This document shows, in pieces, positions 25,184 to 33,315 of a stretch of 64,000 nucleotides of DNA. Numbering within the stretch: the stretch's first letter is position 1; the number at the start of each line of letters is the position of its first letter. Position numbers and translations under genes: made by a program. Under the pieces are notes generated by a model, which saw only the letters and a list, made by a program, of their open reading frames with translations, was not told the DNA's origin and made no database searches. The DNA is from an uncultured Actinomycetes bacterium (GTDB lineage: Bacteria > Actinomycetota > Thermoleophilia > Gaiellales > JAICJC01), in assembly GCA_963843705.1 (NCBI GenBank), contig CAWJLQ010000008.1, positions 612,144 through 676,143 of the forward strand. The letters run 5' to 3'.

Positions 25184-26605
25184 ATGGAGTGTGACGTCGC
25201 CGTCCTGGGCGGCGGGCCGGGCGGGTACCCGGCCGCGATCCGGGCGGCCCAGCTGGGCGCGAACGTGGTGATGATCGAGCAGGCCCGCGTCGGCGGGACC
25301 TGCATCACGGTCGGCTGCATCCCGACCAAGACGTGGGTGCAGACCGCCCACGCGCTCAAGGAATCGCGCGAGACCTTCGCCCAGATCGGTGTCCGCGTCG
25401 CCGAGGCCGAGCTCGACTTCGGCCAGGCCCAGCAGAACAAGACCGGGATCGTGGACGGCCTCGTGACCGGGATCACCGGCGTCGTCAAGGCGAACGGGGT
25501 CACGATCGTGAACGGCCGCGGCGAGTTCGCCGGCCCGAACACGATCGCGGTCGAGGGCGGGGAGGACGTGACGTTCAAGTCGGCGGTGATCGCCACCGGC
25601 TCGCATCCGCTGCGCCCGCCGGTGAAGGGCATCGACGGGCCGAGGTGCGTCGACTCGACCGGACTGCTGGCGATCGGGGAGGTGCCGCGGCGGCTCGTGA
25701 TCCTCGGCGGCGGCGTGATCGGCGTCGAGTTCGCGTCGATCTTCCGCCACTTCGGCAGCGAGGTGACGATCGTCGAGATGCTGGCGCATCTGATCCCGAT
25801 GGAGGACGAGGACGCCTCGAAGGAGCTCGAGCGGTCGTTCAAGCGCCGCGGGATCGGCATGCACCTGGGCGCGCGCGCGACCGAGGTGGCCGAGTCCGGC
25901 GACGCCGTGACCCTGCGCTTCGAGGGCGCCGACGGCAAGCCCGGCGAGATCGAGGCCGACCTCGTCCTGGTCGCGACCGGCCGCGGTCCGAGCGTCGAGG
26001 GCGTGGGCCTGCAGAAGGCGGGCGTCGACTTCGACCCCCGCCGCGGCGTGATCGTCGACCGCCACATGCGCACGAACGTCGCGCACATCTACGCCGCCGG
26101 CGACGTCGCCGGCGTCTACCAGCTGGCGCACACGTCATTCCGCGAGGGCGAGGTGGCGGCCGAGAACGCGCTCGGCCACGACGCCGAGATGGACTACGCG
26201 GCCGTCCCCCGGTGCGTCTACACCGACCCGGAGGTGGCCGCCGTCGGCCTGACCGAGGCGCAGGCGCGCGAGCGTCACGGAGACGACGTCGTCGTGGGCC
26301 GGTTCCCGTTCTCGGCGTCGGCGCGCGCGCAGATGTACGGCGAGAAGGCCGGCTTCGCCAAGACGATCTCCGAGACCCGCTACGGCGAGCTGCTCGGGAT
26401 CGTGATCGTCGGCGTGCAGGCGACCGAGCTCGTGAACGCCGGAGTCGTCGGCATCAGCGCCGAGTCCACGATCGACACCCTCGCCGACTCGATGGCGGCG
26501 CACCCGACCCTGGCGGAGGCGCTGAAGGAGGCCGCGCTCGTGTCGCTCGGCCGCCCGATCCACCTGCCCCCGCCGCGCCGGCGGGCCAAGGCCGCCGCCC
26601 GGTGA
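25184..26605 (+). CDS. lpdA: Dihydrolipoyl dehydrogenase (E3)
   Basis: ATG 25184 has GGAGGAG upstream. It has an FAD motif (VLGGGPGGYPAAIRAA), a redox disulfide (GGTCITVGCIPTK), an NAD motif (ILGGGVIGVEF) and a C-terminal HAHPTLAEALKEA. Confidence 0.92.
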   Translation: MECDVAVLGGGPGGYPAAIRAAQLGANVVMIEQARVGGTCITVGCIPTKTWVQTAHALKESRETFAQIGVRVAEAELDFGQAQQNKTGIVDGLVTGITGVVKANGVTIVNGRGEFAGPNTIAVEGGEDVTFKSAVIATGSHPLRPPVKGIDGPRCVDSTGLLAIGEVPRRLVILGGGVIGVEFASIFRHFGSEVTIVEMLAHLIPMEDEDASKELERSFKRRGIGMHLGARATEVAESGDAVTLRFEGADGKPGEIEADLVLVATGRGPSVEGVGLQKAGVDFDPRRGVIVDRHMRTNVAHIYAAGDVAGVYQLAHTSFREGEVAAENALGHDAEMDYAAVPRCVYTDPEVAAVGLTEAQARERHGDDVVVGRFPFSASARAQMYGEKAGFAKTISETRYGELLGIVIVGVQATELVNAGVVGISAESTIDTLADSMAAHPTLAEALKEAALVSLGRPIHLPPPRRRAKAAAR

Positions 26606-28305
26606 GCGGCAGCGCCGACGCCTCCCGCTTCCTGATCCCGACGCTCAAGGACGATCCGGCCGACGCGGAGGCGATCAGTCACAAGCTGCTGGTCCGGGGC
26701 GGATTCGTGCGCCAGGTCGGCTCGGGGCTCTACACGTACCTCCCGCTGGGCTGGCGCGTGCTCCGAAACACGATGCAGGTCATCCGCGAGGAGATGGACA
26801 CGATCGGCCTCGAGATGCTGATGCCGGTGCTGCAGCCGGCCGAGCTGTGGGAGGCGACCGACCGCTACGGCATCGACGTGCTGTTCAAGCTCGACGGCTC
26901 CGGCGACAAGCGCTACGTGCTCGCCATCACACACGAGGAGTGCGTCACCTGGCACGCCGCCCGGGAGATCCGCTCCTACCGCGAGCTCCCGCAGATCTGG
27001 TACCACCAGCAGACGAAGGAGCGCGACGAGCCGCGGCCCCGGGGCGGGATCCTGCGCACGCGCGAGTTCATCATGAAGGACTCCTACAGCTTCGACCGCG
27101 ACCGGGCCGGGCTGGAGGAGTCGTACGCCAAGCACCGCGACGTCTACATCCGCATCTTCGACCGCTGCGGCCTGGAGGCGTGGCCGGTCGAGGCGGACGT
27201 CGGCATGATGGGCGGCTACGGCGGCGAGGAGTTCGTCGCCCCCAGCCCGAACGGCGAGGCCGAGCTCGTTCGCTGCTCGAACTGCGACTACGCCGCCAAC
27301 GTCGAGGTGGGGCGCTCGGCCCCGCGCCCGCCGCAGTTCCCGCCGCGCCTGGACGCGCCGCAGGAGGTGGAGACCCCGGGGGTGACGACCATCGAGGGGC
27401 TGGCGGAGTTCCTGGGCGTCGACCCGGCGGCGACGGCCAAGGCGATGCCGATCGTGGCCGGCGGGAAGGTCGTCCTGGCCCTCGTGCGCGGCGACCACCG
27501 CCTGCACGAGCTGAAGACCCGGAGCGCGCTCGGCGCGGAGTTCCGGGCGGCGCATCCGGACGAGATCCGGGCGGCGTTCGGCGCCGACCCGGGCTCGATC
27601 GGGCCGGTGGGGACGGACGTCCGCATCATCGCCGACGAGTCGCTGCGCGACGGCCAGTTCGTCGGCGGCGCCAACCGCACCGGGTGGCACCTGCGCGGCG
27701 TCGAGGCGGGCCGCGACTACCGGGCGGAGTTCGCCGACCTGCGCGAGGTCTCCGCCGGCGACGCGTGCGCCGTGTGCGGCAACGGCGTGCTCAGCATCGA
27801 GCCGGCGATCGAGGTCGGGCACATCTTCAAGCTGGGCACGCGCTACTCCGTGCCGCTGGACGCGACCTATCTCGACGAGGAGGGCCGGGAGCACCCGATC
27901 GAGATGGGCTCCTACGGCATCGGCCCCGCCCGGGTCTCGGCCGCCGTGGTGGAGCAGCACCATGACGACAAGGGGATCACGTGGCCGGCCGGCCTGGCGC
28001 CGTTCCACGTGCACATGGTCGTGATCGGGGGGCCGGACGATCCGCAGTTCCCGATCGCCCGCGAGATCCAGGCGGAGATCGAGCGCGACGGTCTCACCGT
28101 CCTCTTCGACGACCGCACGGCCAGCCCCGGCTCGCGCTTCGCCGACGCCGAGCTGATCGGCATGCCGGCGCGGGTCACCGTCGGCAAGCGCACGGCGACC
28201 GACGGCACGGCCGACGTCCAGATCCGGCGTGGGCGCGAGCAGCGGTCGGTGCCGGTGGCCGACGTCGGGGCCGCGGTGCGCGCCGCCGTCGGCGCCGCTC
28301 AGTGA
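26602..28305 (+). CDS. proS: Proline--tRNA ligase (bacterial type with INS editing domain)
   Basis: GTG 26602 overlaps the lpdA stop (GTGA). Class II motifs (FIMKDSYSF, GHIFKLGTRYS, GSYGIGPARV) and an inserted editing domain (LVRGDHRLHELK) are present. Confidence 0.95.
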   Translation: MSGSADASRFLIPTLKDDPADAEAISHKLLVRGGFVRQVGSGLYTYLPLGWRVLRNTMQVIREEMDTIGLEMLMPVLQPAELWEATDRYGIDVLFKLDGSGDKRYVLAITHEECVTWHAAREIRSYRELPQIWYHQQTKERDEPRPRGGILRTREFIMKDSYSFDRDRAGLEESYAKHRDVYIRIFDRCGLEAWPVEADVGMMGGYGGEEFVAPSPNGEAELVRCSNCDYAANVEVGRSAPRPPQFPPRLDAPQEVETPGVTTIEGLAEFLGVDPAATAKAMPIVAGGKVVLALVRGDHRLHELKTRSALGAEFRAAHPDEIRAAFGADPGSIGPVGTDVRIIADESLRDGQFVGGANRTGWHLRGVEAGRDYRAEFADLREVSAGDACAVCGNGVLSIEPAIEVGHIFKLGTRYSVPLDATYLDEEGREHPIEMGSYGIGPARVSAAVVEQHHDDKGITWPAGLAPFHVHMVVIGGPDDPQFPIAREIQAEIERDGLTVLFDDRTASPGSRFADAELIGMPARVTVGKRTATDGTADVQIRRGREQRSVPVADVGAAVRAAVGAAQ

Positions 28306-28807
28306 GCGCCGCGGCCGCGGTCGAGCCCGAGTGACTCAAGCGCTTGGCGCAGGCGCGGCGGCAGGTTCGCGGCGCGCCACCGGCCCAGGGCGAAGGCACG
28401 CGTCGTGGTGAGACGCCCTCCGGTGCCGACCACGCCGTTGGAATTCGTGGCGCCGAGCGCCTGCGACAGGGCCGGGCTCTTGGCCGCCCCGGCCCCCGCG
28501 GAGCCGGGCGTGCGCTGGGTCGGCGCGATGGTTGCACCTGCGACCTCGGTGGCGGTACCCCCACCGCCGCCGACGCTGGGCGAGCTCTGGAGGCCGTGCC
28601 CGATGCCCACGACCAGCGCCGCGAAGGCGCATATGACCGCGGCGACGGCGCCCAGCGGCCGCCAGGAGCGGCGTCCGCGCGGCCGGATCCGGCGCGGCCG
28701 CGGCTCGGCCCGCACCTGCAGCATGACGTCGGCGCGCAGCCGCTCGGGCGCCTGCGCTCCGGCCTCGGCCCGCAGGCGGGCGGTGATCTCGTCGTGGCGC
28801 TCGTCGC

Positions 28808-28811
<4 letters not shown>
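28299..28811 (-). CDS. Putative anti-sigma factor / single-pass membrane protein
   Basis: GTG 28811 overlaps the ECF sigma stop (GTGA). It has one TM segment (WRPLGAVAAVICAFAALVVGIG) and a Gly/Ala-rich extracytoplasmic tail. The function is inferred from position only. Confidence 0.5.
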
Positions 28812-29395
<584 letters not shown>

Positions 29396-29448
29396 CCCTC
29401 TTCTGACTCCCGGGGGCGGCTCCGGGTTCCCGATATACTCGACGTCCG

Positions 29449-29522
29449 CGGGGCGTGGCGCAGTCTGGTAGCGCACCCGGCTGGGGGCCGGGCGGTCGGA
29501 GGTTCGAATCCTCTCGCCCCGA
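29449..29522 (+). tRNA. tRNA-Pro (anticodon GGG)
   Basis: Folded by hand into a 74-nt cloverleaf. Acceptor CGGGGCG/CGCCCCG, D stem GCGC/GCGC, anticodon stem CCCGG/CCGGG with loop CTGGGGG, T arm GGAGG-TTCGAAT-CCTCT, discriminator A. No encoded CCA. Confidence 0.92.
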
Positions 29523-29547
29523 TCACACGAGACGGCTGGAGACACGA

Positions 29548-29745
29548 CTAGCCCGGCCGGCGCCAGGAGTACTGCCGCTCGACCAGGCCAACCCTGACGG
29601 TGTACTCCTCGTACCACCGTTCCTGTCCGAGGCGCTGGACGGCCAGCTCGTCCGCCGCCGCGAGGTACCCGTCGTCGTCCCCGGTGCGCCGCACCGTGAT
29701 GACCGCCACGTGGTACGGCGGGTCGGGCGTCCGGGCAAACATCAT
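29548..29745 (-). CDS. Short ABM (antibiotic biosynthesis monooxygenase)-like protein, possibly truncated
   Basis: An internal Met gives MMFARTPDPPYHVAVITVRRTGDDDGYLAAADELAVQ, which resembles the PYYAVIFTS.R...GY core of ABM/DUF4188-type proteins. It is only about 65 aa long. Confidence 0.4.
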   Translation of the reverse strand: MMFARTPDPPYHVAVITVRRTGDDDGYLAAADELAVQRLGQERWYEEYTVRVGLVERQYSWRRPG

Positions 29746-29821
29746 CCCCGACCCGGAACACTCGATGTCGGGCTGACGGGGGCTTCGGCCAGGGCGATGG
29801 TCCGAGGAGGGCATCCCGCGA

Positions 29822-29938
29822 TCATGGCGCCACGAACCTGAAGTCGAACGCCGCGAAGACGAGGACGATGCCGACGTTCGCCGCCAGCCGCTCCCACACG
29901 TTTCGAGCGGCGGGCGCGCCGGGAACAGAGGACGGCAT
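29822..29938 (-). CDS. Candidate small hydrophobic peptide (38 aa)
   Basis: MPSSVPGAPAARNVWERLAANVGIVLVFAAFDFRFVAP has nearly all third-codon positions G/C and one TM-like segment. Its ATG (29938-29936) is back to back with the ATG of the divergent gene at 29937. Confidence 0.25.
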   Translation of the reverse strand: MPSSVPGAPAARNVWERLAANVGIVLVFAAFDFRFVAP

Positions 29939-30161
29939 GAACCGCGACAACGGTCTGGCGTCCTCGATCGTGAAGGCGCGCCCGAAGCGGTACCGGTCGA
30001 CGACCACCGGCCGGTACGTCTCCGAGGAGTTCGCGCGCGAACATCCCGGCGAGACGCGGGCCGTCAGCCGCAAGCCTTCTGCGCCGCTCGCGATCGGCGC
30101 TCTGGCGGTGGTCGCCGGCCTGGGGCTGACCGCCGCCGCCTACCGCCGCGCGCGCCGGTAG
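29937..30161 (+). CDS. Hypothetical small protein with a C-terminal TM helix
   Basis: MNRDNGLASSIVKARPKRYRSTTTGRYVSEEFAREHPGETR, then APLAIGALAVVAGLGLTAAAY. GC3 is high. The TGR(Y/F)VS...HP motif is one I recall from small actinobacterial proteins. Confidence 0.5.
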   Translation: MNRDNGLASSIVKARPKRYRSTTTGRYVSEEFAREHPGETRAVSRKPSAPLAIGALAVVAGLGLTAAAYRRARR

Positions 30162-30806
30162 CGGTGCTGCAGATGGGCCGCCGCGCGCCGGGCGCTCGCG
30201 CGTGGGCTGCACGACCGCCTGTGGGAGGGTGGAGGCGACGCGCGACGGCCCGGGTAGCGCAGGCCCCGTCCGACCAGTCGAGGAGATCGATGTCCTGCCC
30301 AGAACGTGACCCACGGCGAAGAGTACCCCCAGGGACGCCCGGAAGACAAGTGTGTCACCAACGTGTCATCGGGTCTCCCGCGGCTCTGGCAACTCCTGGT
30401 GGAATTTCGGCGTCCTACCTGTTGCGGCGGTTCGGGGACGGCGAGGCCCCTCCTCAGCGCCTCGAGCCGCCGCCGGGCCGCTCGCCCGGAGGGGCTCCTC
30501 GTGCACTCCGGGGCGCCCCGGCCCATGCCGTGGTCATTTGCCTTACCATGTCTTGCCTTTGCCGGTTGGCAGCGTTATCCTGCGCCGCGGTCATCTCGGG
30601 CGTGTGCTTCCTCCGCGTGTGATCGCGCGAGCATGGCTGTGGGCGGATGGTTCGGCCGGTCGTCGCACACGACCCCACGCAGACACGTGCGGCGGCCGGC
30701 CGTGGCCACGCAGGATGGGGGTTTCTCCCCATTGTGGGCGGACGTCGCGTCCGCGTAGAGTCGAGTCACCGTCGGCGTAGGACTGGACGCCGGCGGCGTG
30801 GACTCT

Positions 30807-30850
30807 CGAAGGCCGCCCGGCGCACGACCCCTTCCGCCGGGCGGCCTTCG
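30807..30850. terminator. 16-bp perfect-stem hairpin downstream of the DUF4242 gene
   Basis: CGAAGGCCGCCCGGCG-12 nt-CGCCGGGCGGCCTTCG. It ends 11 nt from the stop of the minus-strand gene at 30861. Confidence 0.55.
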
Positions 30851-30860
30851 ACTCCGACGT

Positions 30861-31160
30861 CTACGCCGCGGCCGGAGTGGGATCGGGGCGAACGAGCACC
30901 ATGTCCGCGATGGCGATGATCTCGTCGGCGGGCAGGTCCGCCCGCGACGCATGCTCGCGGACCGCCTCGGCGCTCGATGCCTGGTAGATGCACACGGTGC
31001 CGACGCTGCCGTCCGCCTCCTCGAGCATGTAGCTGCGGATCCAGCGGATGTCGTCCGACATCTCCTCGTCGCCGACGCGCCGCGACCGCTCGGCCGCCGC
31101 TCCCAGCTCCTCGGCGCTCATCCAGCCGTTGCGGCGCAGGATCGCGTAGCTCTTCAGCAT
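30861..31160 (-). CDS. DUF4242-like protein
   Basis: MLKSYAILRRNGW...IRWIRSYMLEEADGSVGTVCIYQASSAEAVREHASRADLPADEI matches my memory of DUF4242 (W..SY...D....C.Y.A.s.EA.reHa...glP.d.I). Confidence 0.7.
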   Translation of the reverse strand: MLKSYAILRRNGWMSAEELGAAAERSRRVGDEEMSDDIRWIRSYMLEEADGSVGTVCIYQASSAEAVREHASRADLPADEIIAIADMVLVRPDPTPAAA

Positions 31161-31618
31161 ATGGAGCCTCCTCCGTGTCGATGCGAAGCGGGCGCTCGAG
31201 TGAGCGCCGTTGCAAACCGGACGAGGGCGCGTGGGGAAATCGTCCGCCGCCTGGAGTCGGCGCTGCGCAGGGTGGGGGAGATCACGTTGGCGGCGCTGAT
31301 GCTGCTGGCCGTCCCGCTCTCCGTCGGCACCGTCGCGCGGTCGGCGTCGTGGCGGGGCGCCGCGCCCGCCGGGCTCGTCCGGGCGCGGCGGATCCTGCGC
31401 ACGATGTCCGGTGGCGGTGCGCGGATCCGCCTGAGCGAATGCGCGTGGTCGGCCGACAGATCACGGATCTCGTGCCGGGCGGTCGGCGCCTGGGCCGGTG
31501 CCTGCACCTTCGACTCGAACGGCGCCGGCGGCTGTCACGGGAGCGGCCGCGACGGCACATGGGTGGTCATCATCGGAGGCGACCGGCGCGGATGATCATT
31601 CAGCCAGGCCACCAGCCC

Positions 31619-31649
31619 GGGGCCTGGCCCCGAACCGGGGCCAGGCCCC
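31619..31649. repeat. Pair of GGGGCC(T/A)GGCCCC palindromes
   Basis: GGGGCCTGGCCCC (31619-31631) and GGGGCCAGGCCCC (31637-31649). This is the same family as the copies at 3494 and 20235. Confidence 0.8.
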
Positions 31650-32332
31650 AACACTGCTCCATCTCCTGCCGCGACGCGAGGGCTTTGCGTACGACGAGCG
31701 CCAGTCCGGCCCCCGATCGTGGCGACGTCGAGCAACGCGTGCGTCGGCCCATCGCACGCCCGTCCGTTGCGATGGTGCCGCGGACGCCGCTCGCGCCCAC
31801 TCGGCGTCCCCCGAGGGGTCACGCCCGAGGGACACCGGCGGAGCGGCGTCCGCGACGCCTCCAGTTTCCCCCGGATGTGACCTGATGGCAATATTTGGCA
31901 GGGAATTTCCCGCTGGTCGAGCCGACCGGTGCCGCGGCCTCCAGCGCGGCACCGGCCGGCCGGCTGCGAGCCGGGGAGCGGACCGGCTCGCGCCGGCGAC
32001 GGCCCCCGGAAGGCCGCCGGCGCGGTCATAGCCGCGATCGGCTACCACCCTCCTTACCGCGCCGGCGGCCATCCCGAGCGTCCTCGTCAGACGGCCCGAC
32101 CCGTACCCACGACACTTCACAGCCGCAAGAGCAACCGTACATGTTCCGCATTCAGCCGCTGGGCATGGTATGAAATGTCTTTACACAATACTTGCGACGG
32201 TCGAACGGCCCCATTGGGCCTCGGGAGCAGCCTGCACCCGGAAACCGTGACTGGCTCCGTCCACCGGCGGGAGCTAGGATCGGGGTGCAGGATCCGGGGG
32301 TGGCGTCAAGACCACATGGGAGGCTCTTGAGC

Positions 32333-32731
32333 ATGCGACGCATCGCCCTACTCGCCGTAACGATCGGCGCCGCGCTCTTCCAGGCGCAGGTCAGCTCCGC
32401 CGCCGCACCGACGCTCACCCGGTACGGGTCGCACTTCTACTCGCGGACGCAGCCCTCGCCGTGCTTCGCGCATGCGCCGAAGGGGCTGCCCAACCGGCTG
32501 GCGCTCGGCTGCGTCTGCCCCAAGGGCGAGTTCGCCCCGAAGGCGCCGACGGCAACCTACCGGTTCGCCCTGAAGGCGGGCACGCCGTTCACCTACGCGG
32601 TCACGTGGGGTGGACACAAGCCGAAGGTGAAGACGCACCAGAAGGGGCGCTGGTCATACGTGACCGTCCGCGGCCCGCGGCGGTGCTCCCTCGTTGGCGA
32701 GATCTTCCGCGTGCACGTGACGCCGCGCTGA
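32333..32731 (+). CDS. Hypothetical secreted protein
   Basis: ATG 32333 has GGGAGG about 10 nt upstream. It has a signal peptide (MRRIALLAVTIGAALFQAQVSSAAAP) and 4 Cys in the mature part. No domain recognised. Confidence 0.55.
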   Translation: MRRIALLAVTIGAALFQAQVSSAAAPTLTRYGSHFYSRTQPSPCFAHAPKGLPNRLALGCVCPKGEFAPKAPTATYRFALKAGTPFTYAVTWGGHKPKVKTHQKGRWSYVTVRGPRRCSLVGEIFRVHVTPR

Positions 32732-32799
32732 TCCCGCCGTCCCGGTCGGGGGGCGAATCCGTCGGGTCGCGCCGTCGCGCCCCGGTACACTCCCAATGA

Positions 32800-33315
32800 G
32801 TGTTGCGGCCGATCGCCAACGTCCTGACTGCGGTGCGGCTCGCGGCGGTGGTCCCGTTCACGGTGCTGCTCGCGACGGCCGGGCACCACGCGAGCTGGCC
32901 TGCCGCCGCCGTGTTCGCGGGAGCGTCGGCGACCGACTTCCTCGACGGCTACCTCGCCCGCCACACCGACCGGCCGTCACGGTTCGGGCGGATCGCCGAC
33001 CCGCTGGCGGACCGCCTGCTGATCAACATGGCGCTCGTGCTGCTCTGGTACCAGGACCGGCTGCCCTGGTGGCTGGCCCTGCCCGTGCTCCTGCGTGACG
33101 TGTGGCTGGCCGCGTTCTTCCGCGCCCGCCGGATGGAGTCGCGGGTGGCCGTGAACATGACCGGAAAGACCGCCACCGCGCTGATCATGTGCTCGCTCGT
33201 CCTGCTCATGCTGACGACCGCGCCGTGGCCGCAGGTGCTCCTCGCCGCGGGGCTCGTGCTCTCGCTGGCGGCGGCCGCGCGCTACACGCGCCACCCGACC
33301 GAGGCGCAGACGTGA
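32800..33315 (+). CDS. CDP-alcohol phosphatidyltransferase (PgsA2/ClsA-type, short)
   Basis: Has the family motif [26 protein letters not shown] (D-x2-DG-x2-AR-x8-G-x3-D-x3-D) and several TM segments. Start is GTG 32800 or TTG 32803. Confidence 0.85.
   Translation: MLRPIANVLTAVRLAAVVPFTVLLATAGHHASWPAAAVFAGASATDFLDGYLARHTDRPSRFGRIADPLADRLLINMALVLLWYQDRLPWWLALPVLLRDVWLAAFFRARRMESRVAVNMTGKTATALIMCSLVLLMLTTAPWPQVLLAAGLVLSLAAAARYTRHPTEAQT

Noticed and set aside
24205-26088. A 627-aa minus-strand ORF antisense to the lipoyl/cupin/lpdA genes
   Set aside because: It has no recognisable motifs and a Ser/Pro/Arg/Thr-rich composition. The plus-strand genes carry canonical FAD/NAD and redox-disulfide motifs.
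31886-31900. Sigma-54-like promoter TGGCAATATTTGGCA
   Set aside because: The GG-to-GC spacing is one nucleotide short of the -24/-12 consensus and the -12 element is TTGGCA rather than TTGC. No sigma-54 or enhancer-binding protein is evident, and they are generally absent from actinobacteria.
29449-32332. Integrated mobile element at tRNA-Pro
   Set aside because: No integrase, excisionase, transposase or phage gene is present, and I could not find a direct repeat of the tRNA 3' end by eye. It is kept only as a 'possible decayed island' finding, not annotated as a mobile element.
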